Shown here piece after piece: positions 37,310-50,018 of a stretch of 64,000 nucleotides of DNA (within the stretch, counting starts at the first letter, position 1; each line of letters opens with the position of its first letter). Source of the stretch: Botryllus schlosseri (Eukaryota); assembly GCA_051294905.1 (NCBI GenBank), contig CM119371.1, positions 37,388,001-37,452,000 of the forward strand, given 5' to 3'. The translations under genes were made by a program, and so were the position numbers. The notes below the pieces were generated by a model. That model was given only the letters and a program-made list of their open reading frames with translations. It was not told the origin of the DNA and did not search any database.

Positions 37310-38664
37310 GTATCGAACGCTGTACCAAGTTTCAAGTTTGTCACTGAACTATGTTAGTGATAATTTCTTTTCCTAAGTCGAGTGAGAACTGACTCGTCAT
37401 TTATCGCAAACAGTTCTTACGCAAAGCCGGTATTGGTCTCTATTGATTTTAACGATGCTCCTTACCTAGATCCGTCATGAGCTTTTGCACGGTATGTCTT
37501 GATTTTAGTATCGAAAGCTGTGCCAAATCTCAAGGTTGACACTCAATGATTATGGCAGTAATTTTGGTATCAAGTTCGAGTATGGTAGAGATGTGCGCTG
37601 ATCTGACACTTCAGCCTACCTAACGCATTGCGGATTTCACGCAAAAGCCGGTGTATCTGTGCTAACGTTAACTGTGTTCCATACTGAGATAGGTGATGAG
37701 ATTATGATATCGTGAAACAGTTTACTAACATTCTCGGTTTGCATTCAAATATTTACTTTTACTTTATATTCTCCAATGACAATTTCACCCCTGTCAAGCG
37801 CGATAGCTGGCAACTAACAGCTGATCAGTTGATCGGCCTATTCCTCAGTACATTTTACGCAAAATTCGGTGTCGGTCTGTTCCTATTAATTTTGACAGTG
37901 TATCATACCGAAAAGTGTCATGAGGCTACTTCTCGATGATGTCATGTAACAGTGTAATAAGTTTACGGCTTTCATCCACGTATTTATTCGGTAATATATT
38001 TTCCAAAGGCGATTTCGCAGCAGACATATATACAGCAAGCCGTATGTGTCGTGTTACAGTCTCCAGTTTCAAAGCCAAAATCTCCTATGCTGTACCGAGA
38101 CCGAATTTCCGAGTTCTTCAGAATGATGTTTTGGATTCAATATTGCAGGCCGAATCTATGAAATAAAAATTGCGTATGTGTTCAAACTCGTTGACCTTTC
38201 CAGTTAGGCTTACAAATCTCTCGAGTTATAGTCGTTTCCATTTCTACAATGTATTAGTTTTGTCTTCTATGCGGTAGATGATCTGGTACTGTCGCAAGGC
38301 AAACTCGACATTGATCAAACCCGTCGACATGTATTTCCTGACTTCTGATGAATTCACGCACCGGAATGTCTTTGCAACATTTGATATATTTAAAGCGAAT
38401 AAACAACGCTTTCGAAAGAAGTTATGTCATCAACAGTAATAACCAATAATTTTGAAAGATATGAATATTCAACACGACTGACATTTATGAGAACCATCTT
38501 TTTTCATCACGCGTCATTGATTTAAAACTGCAACTCGCGCCGGAATCGATGGGTATCGATGGCCTATTCTGTTAAATCAGATCCGGTACTATCCGGCAGG
38601 CGTAGAATTTATTGGTTTCAGTAAAACAACAGATACGGTATCCGGTTCGTGGCAATGGTGGTAT

Positions 38665-38941
38665 TCAGTTTTCACAAAATTCGCACAGGTAGCGGTATTC
38701 GGAGGAATCGCACAGTTCGAATTGCAGGGTTGCAGGGTTGCTACCATCCACGCGCGCGCAAACCTCATCGCCCGGAGTGAGACTAGTGTCGAAAAGATTC
38801 GGTGTGAAGATGGCTGACGTAGAGACACCCTCCGACGGAGCGATAAACGAAGGGCTGTCGACATCTGACGATGCTCCCACCACCCCGTTAGCCCCCATCC
38901 AATATGTATTCCCCGAAGCGCCGACCGCGTCCATCAAAGCT
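38665..38941 (-). CDS. C-type lectin gene B, exon 6 (last)
   Basis: ttgcag|A GCT TTG; TYWMGANG...EVCARV...ELCDSSEYRYLCEFCEN-stop. Confidence 0.9.
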
Positions 38942-39245
38942 CTGCAACGATTCAGGAAAGCGGTCAGAACAGGGTTTCTCAATCTTTATTAACCTGGGAA
39001 AGCCTTACGCTAATCTGCCAGCCGTCGTTGAGTCCCATATTTTTGAAAATTTTCGTTGAGTATCAAAAATAAAATTTACCACACTACACATCTACCTACG
39101 CAATCAATAATACATTACTATAGATTACTTGTACACATAATGAGCTGAGCATCAACAGGTTTTTAAGGGAAATTACATGAAACTGTGATCTTAAAATATG
39201 CGGAAACAGCATAATGATTAGCTATATTTAGGGTTGCATTTAAAA

Positions 39246-39699
39246 GAGGCTTACCATATTTTGGAAATTTAAAAAGAGGACACTTTTTCAGAAATTTGAG
39301 ACATGCAAAACTGGAGAAGAATTCTCAAAAACCGGTAAATTTTCCCCACTTTGTGATCGGTTGACTAAAACAAACAAAAAAAAAACAAGGTCAACTTTTC
39401 CGCTCAGAGCTCAAAATACCGTTTTTCTCTCCACATTGCTAGGTGGATGACTAAAAAAAAAAAGTCTCTTTTCGGTCAGAGCTAAAATCACCGTTTTTCG
39501 CTCCGAAATACCCGCCGGAGCTTCACTTTTGTGCTAATTTGCGGCATATCACTCGCAATGTGCTCTAGATCTGACCTAAATTTTCAAAAAAGAGGACGAA
39601 ATCTCAAAAAAGAGGACAAAAGGGCGTCCTCCGAGGACACTTTCAAAAAAGTCAAAAAAGAGGACAAATCCTCTTAAAAGAGGACGTATGGTAAGCCTA
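39246..39699. mobile_element. hAT MITE (AGGCTTACCAT TIR, AAAAGAGGAC repeats)
   Basis: Perfect 8-bp TSD ATTTAAAA; sister copy at 40781-41179. Confidence 0.88.
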
Positions 39700-40780
39700 A
39701 TTTAAAACAAATGGTTGTTTAAAACATTTTGTTTAAAACATATTGTTTAAAACATGTTTTAAACAGTGTTTTAAACAACGGCCCATTGAAATTTTTTTTT
39801 AAGTTGTTTAATTATATAATTATGCCATAACTATTTAAATACTTCCTAAAAACATGTTGTATGAGCCTACGGACTAGGGATGGTGTGAACGTGAGGTTCA
39901 CGTTCGCGTTCTGTGTTTGAACCTCGGAAATTTAGAGGTTCGCGTTCATAACAGAACCTTGGTAGGTTCTGCACTGTGAACCTTTTTCATCTGTTACAAT
40001 TTTCACTTCATTATAACATCTTTGGTTCATATTTATTGCATTTTAACTACGAGCCACCCTATGGATGGCGCTGGCAGCATGAAAAATCATCACTAAACGA
40101 GCATGCACCTTGACAATCTCAAACATTTTACTTGATTTGCTACAAAAGTGTTCTCGAAATATCCAGCTTTCTGTTTGTGAATATTTAGTGACTCTCTACT
40201 GTGAGCTTGACCTCCAATCACACAACATCACGAGCTCAATACACTACATGTAGTCAGCGAATGATGCTTATTCAACCAATCAATGACATTGATATCGTTT
40301 TCTGGTTTAAAATATATAGCAGGCGCACGGGGTCATTCTTGACGTCATATGTTTACTTCATCATCAAGACCAAATCCGTGCGATTGAGGTTTCGCCTAAT
40401 GCTGTATAACTTGTGGGGTAATATCGGTAGGAAGTACAGAAACCCGTTTTACACTCTGATCAATATCGATGTAGCAATACTCAGACCCCAAATGCATTGT
40501 CCGGTCTGGCCTAGACCGTTAAGGAGTAAGCTTATATTCCCTGGCAAGTCCTCGTCGAAATTGTTAGCAAAGCGACGGAAGATATAAATTTTATAGCCGA
40601 CGTATACGATATGGGATGGTTGGTACCCTCGGAATATAGTCGGTTCGACAGCTGTATAGTACGTAGATGTAGATCATTGGTACGGAGTGAATGTTCTGAT
40701 GATGATGACCGTCGACCGTAAAAATGCTGCATGACGATGTAATCCTGTCCTGATTCAAATTATTTTTGGTCTGTATATAA

Positions 40781-41179
40781 TAGGCTTACCATATTTTGGA
40801 AATCAAAAAAGAGGACACTTTTTCAGAAATTTTCAACTTGCAAAACCGGAGTCAAATTCTCAAAAACCGGTTAATTTTTCCAATTTGTCCCACGTTTTTT
40901 ACTCTACATTGCTAGGTTGATGACTAAAAAAAAAAAAAAAAAGGGCATCTTTTCGCTCAGAGCTAAAATCACCGTTTTTCACTCCGAAATACCCACCGGA
41001 GCTTCACTTCTGTGCAAATATGCGCCATATCACTCGCAATTTGCTCTAAATCTGCCTAAATTTTCAAAAAAGAGGACAAAATCACAAAAAAGAGGACAAA
41101 AGGGCGTCCTCCGAGGACACTTTCAAAAAAGCCAAAAAAGACGACAAATCCTCTTAAAAGAGGACGTATGGTAAGCCTA
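40781..41179. mobile_element. hAT MITE, second copy
   Basis: TIRs TAGGCTTACCATA/TATGGTAAGCCTA; TSD GTATATAA/GTATATGA. Confidence 0.88.
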
Positions 41180-41777
41180 GTATATGACAGGGGTTGGAAA
41201 GCTATTTCGTCAAAGGAGCTACATTTGCCCTATATTTTCAATTGTGAGTATCAATCCACTATGACGTCAAAATTGAATATGCGTCACGTCATGGTTTGGA
41301 AAAAAAATGTTTAAAACAAGGGCTTTGTTTTAAACATGTTTGTTTTAAATTGATTTTTGTTTTAGTCGCAACCCTATCTATATTGCACATCCTCTGTTAT
41401 TCCCTTTTAGAGACCAGTTTGAAATACGAGGCTTCGACATCATATTTCTCAGTGGAAACTCCACAGCGTGACACCAATTGCCTAGTTGCAAATGAGCTAA
41501 GAAATATCGGAGATAATAAATTAGGCATTTCAGAAAGACATGATTGCGATTTCAAACTCCAACCACCCTGCGTACGCCACTGCACACGGCGTGCGTCAAC
41601 ACGTCAGTCACAATTCGATCGCGCCTAATTGCCTGCAGCGAATTACGGCCGAGGCGGGCATGTCATCCTGAAACATAATTATGTATGAGGTGAGTGTGTT
41701 TCTTGGCATCCAGCGGAAGCCCTGAGATTTGCTCTGGGAGTCTAGGTTCTAGAGAAATGTAAAGACAACCATCTCAC

Positions 41778-41938
41778 GCTCTCCTACTACTATCCGCCAA
41801 GAAACCGCTGACGACGAGTCTGCCTCCGGATATAAGTCCTTCACATTGATCCCTGGCATTTTCCCATGTCGAACGAGTCTCGGGAAAAATGTAATAGCAA
41901 CCATCATCCCCAAACTGAGTCCAATCGGCCAACGGGTC
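41778..41938 (-). CDS. C-type lectin gene B, exon 5 (CTLD N-terminal part)
   Basis: ttttctcag|GAC...AGA GC|gtgag; DPLADWTQFGDDGCYYIFPETRSTWENARDQCEGLISGGRLV; this frame is absent from the ORF track. Confidence 0.9.
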
Positions 41939-41954
41939 CTGAGAAAATTAGGTC

Positions 41955-42640
41955 GGCGTGTCATATTTGCTACGAAGTCTTTACTACCAGCAACGCGTGA
42001 GGATGTGCTTCCTGCGATTGATCAAAGCAACATAATTTACCAATATACGTGCCGATGGGACAGTCGGTATGTGGGTGGCACATCTCAACGCTTGCAACAA
42101 AGAATTCGTCAATACGTCCCACGTCAAATTAGGAATTCGCAGGGTGATGACATGTCTGCTTCATCATCACTGTCCCTAGTTACCATGCGTGATTATGACC
42201 AAGTAACAGCATGTAATTCCGCCATGGACAGCACTTATTGAAACGCCCAGAGTGTGCAAAACATTACAATATCAATCAGTTTTCCAAAGTAGCTCGTGGT
42301 CGTTCTCTTTTTCATTTAAAGGTCCTTGAATCAACCATTATAAAGCTGCAACAGCCGATCCTCTGCCGCCAGAAGGAACATCTCTACACGCTGGGAATCT
42401 TCCATTAGTGTTGTTTTGTCATTCGGCTGTTTTACAGCTGATTTTGTGTGTGCTGTACCGTAACCGTGCGCTGTTTACTGCTGTTCGCGACTTGTGTACT
42501 TGTCCTTATTACGTCACAACGACAAAATTCTTTCTTTATTTCGAATTTGGTTAACCTCATTTACTGGCGTTCACTGCTGAAGAGAGCCAGTCGAAAAGCT
42601 TCCAGTGGAATAAATTTAACAATATGAACGTATAGTTTGC
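41955..42640 (+). mobile_element. Penelope-like 3' fragment (GIY-YIG and hammerhead)
   Basis: DVLPAIDQSNIIYQYTCRWDSRYVGGTSQRLQQRIRQ; homologous to 13200-13830. Confidence 0.85.
42570..42609 (+). ncRNA. Minimal type I hammerhead ribozyme
   Basis: TTCACTG-CTGAAGA-GAGCCAGTC-GAAA-AGCT-TC-CAGTGGA; palindromic stem III; AATAAA follows. Confidence 0.8.
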
Positions 42641-42829
42641 TGCAATATTGAAGTTCTGTACTTCGAAAAGCCTAATCTGTATTGTGTTGAAATCATTTCT
42701 TTAACGGCGACTTTTTAATGTTAAAGTGCGTATAACATCACGATGTCATGTCTGCCACCGATGTTTTATAGAGACTTTTTGGGGTACAGTACTTTAATAT
42801 ACATGTTAATAATATATTCATATCATAAA

Positions 42830-43250
42830 TATATTAAAACCCGAAGCCTTTCGAGCTGACCCTCTTTAGGGGCAATAGCAGCATATGGAGAATTTCAAAA
42901 ACTTTCATATATCTGCATTGCACAAATCCAATTGTGACGTCATAGAAACGAAAACAACATTGAGTGCAGTATAGATTACTAACCTACGGTTAGTTATCTA
43001 TAAGTACAGACAAACTGCAAGCGCAGCTAGTGGCCAATTTTTAGCTAAGGCAAACACGCTCCTTCTGCTGGCATAAGCGCTGTTGATGGATCTTGATGAA
43101 TGTCGATTCCAGTGCGGACAAGTGATAAAATGTGTGGCCTCTGCCCAAAATCGAGAATCTCTCGTGACTATAGTTTTTGGCGCAAGTAGCAATTAAATGA
43201 ATTGAGTCTCGATATAACGTAGGCTGATACTTAGGTCTAAACTGGTATTC
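42830..43250 (-). mobile_element. Second Penelope-like 3' fragment (different subfamily)
   Basis: HLIATCAKNYSHERFSILGRGHTFYHLSALESTFIKIHQQRLCQQKERV resembles the GIY-YIG C-terminus. Confidence 0.75.
42839..42873 (-). ncRNA. Degenerate hammerhead ribozyme (core CTAAAGA, probably inactive)
   Basis: GCCC-CTAAAGA-GGGTCAGCTC-GAAA-GGCT-TC-GGGT. Confidence 0.55.
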
Positions 43251-44231
43251 CCTTAGTAGTGAGGATCGGGTCAACAAATTCTCTGGTCCGACTTCGATCC
43301 TGTTATTCAATTCTCTGGTCCGGCTCCGGTTAAAAATGGAAAAAAGTCCGTCCGGATATCCAATCCGGCTATGGTCCAAGTTCCGCCCTACACGGTACTG
43401 TGGTTCCTTAATCTATAAATATGGCTCGTTCATTTTCGCACTGGCTTGGTGGTTTGGTTACTTGCGGGTGGTTGGTTGGTTGGGGGTATTTAGTTACAAA
43501 AGTCATGTATATCAATGAAGACTCCAGCCGGATCAAAAGAGTACTGATCCGGCTGCGACCCGGCTCTGGTCGTATCAGACAAAAGTATTGATGCTGCTCC
43601 GGCCAAAATAATAGAATCATATTGTTCTACAATGGTGTGGATACAAGGAAATATCACGGCTCACTGAGATTAGATTACGACATTGTTTCCATTTGACCAA
43701 AGGCAATTTATCGCACTATTTAGACTGGCTTGCCTTGCGCGAAATTTGTAAAAAATTGAGCTCGATCGAAATCTACCGCCGCAATGATTGCGAAAATATA
43801 AATTTTGTTTTGTAATTAGCCTCGAATTTTGAGTTGTAACCGAGTTTGTTATTGTTACGCAACCATGGCGTCTGGAAGCCAGTGGGGAGCAGCGCAATTT
43901 CGCAAGCGTTGGCCATTGTTGCGCCAGCGATTGAGCATTCACCGGTGATGAACGGATATTGATTTTTGAGAAACCGAATCCGTCCGACAAGTCCAGTGTC
44001 TATGAAACCATCCGTCCGAATCGGATTTCGAAGTAGGTGTCCGGATTAAGGTTGCATCTCGGAACGAAAGCAAATGAAAAAGCATGAACATTTTTAGGCA
44101 ATCAACATATGAAATAACCAAGAATTGAATCATATTACCCAATAAATATCAATAAGTAACAGAAGATAATTGTTACGATAAAATTTGACAATTATGAGAC
44201 GTCAACCTCAACACTGGATGCAGATAATCCG

Positions 44232-44497
44232 CAGAGGTGGTCAAAGTAGTCACCGTTGCTACTCAAGTAGAAGTAGAAGTAACGCTGGAATTTCTACTCA
44301 AGTAGAAGTAGAAGTAGTGGTTCACAAGAAAGTAAGTAAGTAGATATTTTGTGTTTACTTTTGCCCACAAAACTGAAACCTGTCAAGTAGACGTAGAAGT
44401 AGTATAAACTCATAACTACTTAAAAAGTAGTGTGAGTAGGAAAAAACTACTTCAAGTACTTCAAAAAGTATAAGTACTTCGTTACTGACCACCTCTG
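44232..44497. mobile_element. hAT MITE (CAGAGGTGGTCA TIR, AGTAGA repeats)
   Basis: Perfect 8-bp TSD ATAATCCG. Confidence 0.92.
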
Positions 44498-45269
44498 ATA
44501 ATCCGCATTTACCAACAAATACTGGAAGGCGAGAAAGCTTGTTCACTAGCTATACTTGCTGATGCTTATAATACCATTGGACAATCAGCTCAAAATTTTG
44601 AGCACAATGCTTATAGTCGAGTCACACAAAATGTCAATATACAATTTGCGAAAGCAGAGAGCTGATTTGTATTTGTCTGGACCCTTGACCACCAGACTAG
44701 TCCTATCCCAAGGTGTCACCTGTATGTGTTCGGTTATCGAATTGATGTCTTCGTTCTGTGGGCTGGTAATCAAAACTCACTTCTGTTTACAACTATCCGA
44801 AAAACATCCATATGAAAAGTTACAGCTATCCGATAATATCCAAGAAATATCTGTAATAACATCTGATTCCTTATATGCGACTGCCATAAAGTTGTCCAAT
44901 ATCCGGTCTGAATGCTATCCAAGTCCGGCCGCTGCACATCACTGATTCAGTCTCTCATTGCACAGTTGATACTGCGTTATGGCATACTATTCCAGATGAC
45001 ATTGCTGCCTCCCAGTCCGTTATGACACAAAATATACCTGGCTGATTTACAGGGGTTCCAGGACCACGAGCAGAGTAAAATTTATCAGTACCGCATTGGC
45101 TTTCGATTGATCCCAATTTTGTCAAACTCCGCTCTCGTAAGTAGTGCCGCAAATTGCCTTTGGTCAAATGGTAAGAATGATGTTACCCAACCGCAATGAG
45201 CCGTGATATTTGCTTGTGCCCACACCATTGCAGGACACTATGGTAAAATAGTTGAAAAGACAATCTCAC

Positions 45270-45349
45270 TGCAGTCGTAGATGCCGTGGTCGTTGCGGTT
45301 GTCATCGCTTCAGTTGTGCTCGTGGTGGTCGTGGCCGGATTCAATGACC
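45270..45349 (-). CDS. C-type lectin gene B, exon 4 (Thr-rich stalk)
   Basis: ctccag|GG TCA...ACT GCA|gtgag; SLNPATTTTSTTEAMTTATTTASTTA. Confidence 0.85.
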
Positions 45350-45456
45350 CTGGAGCAAAGATATCATGAAATCGTTTACTTGTAATCAACTAAAACGGTC
45401 CGATTGAGAGAAAATTACGAATAAATTAGTTCTGACGTCATTATTCGAGCACTTAC

Positions 45457-45613
45457 TTAATAAGAGGTAGAGAATGACTATCTCAGAGGGGCTGTATCGT
45501 CGACGGGGAGCTCGCTGAGGTTGAGGCCGCGGTTGAGGTTGACCGACAGGCCAGTAGACCTGTCTTTGGTTGTAGGGCACCAAATTGAGGCTTTGGTGAG
45601 TGTCATATGACGC
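45457..45613 (-). CDS. C-type lectin gene B, exon 3 (Pro/Gln/Arg-rich)
   Basis: ttttgcag|GCG...TTA A|gtaagt; ASYDTHQ...GQPQPRPQPQRAPRRRYSPSEIVILYLLL. Confidence 0.82.
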
Positions 45614-45732
45614 CTGCAAAACACGAAAGCAATGTTAAGGGGCTTAGAATTGTTTGCTTCGAAGAATGAGGGCTCTGTTTGAAACCTCGGAAATATAGCG
45701 GACGTGAGTGATTGTGACGAAATAATACTCAC

Positions 45733-45761
45733 GTGCTTCGTCTCTGGTTCCGTCTCGTCTT
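45733..45761 (-). CDS. C-type lectin gene B, exon 2
   Basis: ttttaacag|AA GAC...CAC|gtgagt; 29 nt, phases 1/0 consistent. Confidence 0.8.
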
Positions 45762-45818
45762 CTGTTAAAACAAGAATCAGATGCGAGTGTTTCACGGTAA
45801 ATAATGGAGTACGCCCAC

Positions 45819-45876
45819 CTTCATTAGCGTAGACGACGAAAGCGTAAATAACGAGGCAAAGAATTGCAATCTTCAT
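45819..45876 (-). CDS. C-type lectin gene B, exon 1 (signal peptide)
   Basis: MKIAILCLVIYAFVVYANE then G|gtggg; the six exons total 762 nt, giving 253 aa plus stop. Confidence 0.85.
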
Positions 45877-47148
45877 TTTCGATCAACGGACTGTGGTATA
45901 CAGAATTCGCGACCCACTGCTTGGGAAGCACCACTCTGGACAATCTCAAGAATGTGACTCGCGCAACAACTATGTATTCAGTTTTACGGCCTGCAAAGTG
46001 TCAAGGAAAAAATGAAATAAATCAACTAACAAGTATACCTTTTTTAGAGATTTCGTATCTGAATGTCGAGCAGTCGATGCTATCGCTGACCGCGTCGTCT
46101 GAATGGACCCGAGGGCATTTCACGTCATTGACGTTCACAATCACAACAGATGACCCGTTTGAAAACTACAACTTTTGAATTTGACAGTATCGAATGAGCA
46201 GATAACATCATTTAATTTCATCCATGAGAACATCGAGACAGTAACGATGATGTAATCGCATTGTACGAGTCACCGCAGGCCGCAACTTGCGTTACAGGGT
46301 GGATTGTAATATTTTGCTGCTTATTCCCATTCGACACACGCCCTCTTGTTACTCAAAATCGCCCACTGGAGGGCGATATCGCCCACGTTGGAACATCTGT
46401 CCTAAACTAATCAAATAGAATCTTACATGGCATTGTGTCTTGTGGGTTTCTTAGCTTAATATATTTAAAGATTTGCTTTGACTGTAACAAGATATCAACA
46501 CAGTGAGAAAATTATTAAATTAATCTTACTAATTCTATTCTAATATTGAAATAACTCAACTAATCCTGTTCTAGTAACAACCAAACTAACACCAGACCGA
46601 TCCTACCACTGACACAAGTGCACTGAACAATGAATACCTCGAGCGCTATGTTACACGATGGCACCAGGATGGATACCATTAAACGATGGTAGCAAATGAT
46701 CAACGGATCAATGGATCAATGTCTGGGCGAGATAGAACAACAGTGTTAATATAACGACAAGAGGTGATTAAGTAGGCTTATGTTTTTTTTTCATCTATTA
46801 TAAGGCAATTTTGGAAATTTATTTGGGAATCTGAAAGGAGAACACTTTTACAAATTTCCAGAGTTACAATACCGGAGTAAAATCTGGAATATTTGCGAAT
46901 TTATTGCGATTTTGTAGTCGGTTGACCAAAATAAGTTATGTTTCTGGCTCAACATTCAGAAGGACCTGCCGGACTTGAATACTGATTTCCTATATCTATC
47001 AGTTGAATTTTAGCATACATTAAACAAAAAATTTTAAAAAAGAGGACAAATGCAGAAAAATCACGACATTTGGGTGTCCTCCGAGGACACTTTCAAAAAT
47101 GTCAAAAAGCGGACAAATCCCCTTGAAAGAGGACGTATATGGTACATG

Positions 47149-47340
47149 TAGGGATCAAGTCACTACCTTCGAGTTACGAGTCATTGCACATTTTTGACTT
47201 GAGTCAAGTCAAGTCACTTGAATTTTTGAGGTGACTCGAGTCAAATCGAGTCAAGTCAAGTCAAGTCAAGTCAAGTCACGAGTCAAGTCATGAGTCAAGT
47301 CACGAGTCAAGTCACGGGTAAAGTCACAATTAAAGTCAAG
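47149..47340. repeat. (AGTCA)n array at a probable MITE end
   Basis: Tandem agtca/gagtcaagtca units after TAGGGATC. Confidence 0.6.
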
Positions 47341-48291
47341 TTGCCTTTCGGAGTATGAGGCAAGATTACGTCATTGCATTTTTCTAGCTGTCTGAAATAC
47401 AGATCGAGGCGTCGGTGATTATGAACCGATGAACGAATATAGAGTTCAATATACACTCAAGAAGGCGCCCTATCGCTCACACATACGTAGAGCTGTTAAA
47501 CTGCGTAAGTAATTTCATAGCCTCAGTTAATAGTTACCAGCCAAAATAGAGAATTGACGAGATGCAATACACAATCCATTTACATATTGATATGATATGA
47601 TGGTTGAGGAGTATATAAACCATATTCGAATTAAATTTCAACAAAACAAGAGGTTTGGTTAAGGTAAGAACAGAGAACAGAAAAAGATATTTTGCTATCA
47701 AATTACTTTACTACTACTTTACGACAAGCTAAGCTGTAAGCTTCGATCACTTCGTTTGTGATCAATTAATTTGTGAGAGAACATTGGAGGCTCAATGAAA
47801 CCCACGATCATTGAATGATTCGTCGCTCTCACGGGTTAAACCGGCGTTTCGCAAACAATCTGAACATATGCAAGATACAGCGATTTTTATCGACACCGAT
47901 TACTTCATGACTTCTGCTTTTTGAAGTACTCAAGTAGTTTCCCTCTACTTCTAGTGCAGTGGTCGGGAACCTATGGCTCGCGAGCCATATATGGCTTTTT
48001 TGGGTATAAGATATAGCTTTTTGAGAAATTTTTAATTTTACACCTAATTTATCAATATTGCAGCAACTTGATAGTAAATTTTCATGACGGCGAGAATAAT
48101 TATTCTAGTGGCAGCATGAACTGAACAAGGGCCTTATAATATGGGGGAGGGCGCCATACCATGATATTTTCTAAAATGCGTAGTTCGAGTAAACAAATGA
48201 TTAGTGTCGCATTTCCATATCAATGCTATGATCTTCATCAAATCATGCGGACGAACGCTTATACGGTCGAAAATTGGATACTTCTTACACC

Positions 48292-48380
48292 GAGCGAGAT
48301 AGTATAACGGTGATGCGTCCAGCTTCTTGATCGGTAGGTCGTGGATTCTATCCCTGGCCGGGTCAGACGGAATGGAGCAT
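48292..48380 (+). mobile_element. Possible tRNA-derived SINE head
   Basis: Degenerate A-box (tagtataacgg) and B-box (ggattctatccc) at tRNA-like spacing. Confidence 0.35.
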
Positions 48381-48726
48381 AAACCAGACCAATTTGCAGA
48401 TGACGTCACACTGTATCTAAGACTCTATTACCACAGTCCTTGACGAATATCAAAGATCGAGAGATCAACACATCCAAGACGGAAGTCCTACCGCTGAACG
48501 AAAAATCGCGAAACAGACTATACAAAAGACTACGCACGCACATATGCTAAAGCCAGTAATCAAGATACTGGGCTTACACCGCGGTGAAAACGAACTGCAT
48601 ATGAACTTCGACAGACTGTGGCAAGGAGTCGAGAAAAGCGTAAGGCATATTAAATCAAAACGGCGTTCTTGGATGGGTAAAATAACGGCCGTTAAAGCAT
48701 ACATAATTAGTAAAATAACGTATACA

Positions 48727-50018
48727 CAGAGGTGGTCAAAGTAGTCAAGAAAGTTACTCGAGTAGAAGTAGAAGTAGCGACGAAAAAATTTACTCAAGTA
48801 CGAGTAGAAGTACTTCTTCCATAAGCAACCTAAAACTACTTGAAGTTGAAGTAGCATTGACTGACTTTAAATCTACTCAAGTAAGTAAGTAGTTGTGAAA
48901 ACGATCGTAATTCGTTGGAAGGAATTGTCAACAGGTGCAAATTGAGCTATGCGAAAGGTGCCGAGCTTCATTCATATTGATGCATACCAGGAGGTATTCA
49001 ATTTTCGACAGCATAAGCACTCGTCCGCATCATGGGATGAAAATGATAATATTGATATGGAAATGCGATACTAATCCCCTATTTAATCGAACAGCACGTT
49101 TTAGAAAATAACATGGTTTGGCGCACTACCCATATTATAAAGCCCGTAGTTTAGTCGAAGAGCAATATTGAGAAGTTGTAAAGGATGCGGTGAAAACACT
49201 TTGCGCTACTAGTAAACGTGAATAGAAATAAGGTGGATCGTAAAAATGCCACATTCTGTAGCTTTATTTCCGGAAATTAAAGGCAATACTACATTTGCTT
49301 TTATACTTCAACATGTATGTTATCCAGACAAAAGAACTGATATTAATAAGAACTCAAAGTATATGATACTGGGAATTGAAAGTGAATTATAAATACTACT
49401 TCTAAAAGCGGATAATGTATTTGATGTCATTAGTCCAGAAAGTTTCAAAGGTGGCATGCTAAAACAGCTCTAAAACTAAAGAAAAAAAGTCGGAGTCCAC
49501 TTTTCCGGATTAGGACACGCCATGGACTGCTAGATTACGATATGATAAGTAAATGCTGGATTGCAAAACATCAGTTTCAAACGTTATGATGATCCATAAT
49601 GTGATGAAATATTTCATATGGGCGAAGGGCGACAATGCGATGTGAGCGTAAGCAGGCCAACCCGCTACCTAAATTATATTCACCGATACTTTCGTGAAAT
49701 CATACTGGTTACTCCGTATCCACTGAGCGCGAAGCGCGACGAAAATTCTGGGCTTTACTCAACTTTTATGAAAATTAAATGTTGATACTCCTTGAAAACA
49801 GCCCCGAAATTCCTCAGGCTATCTTCCTGATTGGAGGATTAAACTACTTCTACTTGACAAACTGAAAATAGCGAAAAGTAAGTAAGTAGATCACAAAATA
49901 TTGCGAAGTAGAAGTAGAAGTAGCGAAAATCAGATCTACTTGAGTAAGTACCAGAAGTAGAGGAGAACTACTTGAGTACTTCGAAAAAGTAGAAGTACTT
50001 CGTTACTGACCACCTCTG
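48727..50018. mobile_element. 1.3-kb non-autonomous hAT element (long form of the 44232 MITE)
   Basis: TIRs CAGAGGTGGTCA/TGACCACCTCTG; perfect TSD CGTATACA. Confidence 0.93.

Larger units (their letters stand above)
35450..37740. repeat. Degenerate ~190-bp tandem repeat split by a LINE
   Basis: Recurring cgcaaacag...aaagcc.gtat.gg...gagat.ggtcatga units at about 35600-35790, 37315-37510 and 37510-37710. Confidence 0.5.
39229..41376. mobile_element. hAT-like element (TAGGGTTGC ends) containing further nested MITEs
   Basis: TSD gctatatt/tctatatt; contains 39246-39699, a truncated copy of the 960-bp family from 39876, and 40781-41179. Confidence 0.75.

Noticed and set aside
45380..45389. 10-nt microexon (ag|TTGATTACAA|gt) in lectin B
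   Set aside because: Exons 3 and 4 already join in frame; inclusion would shift the frame
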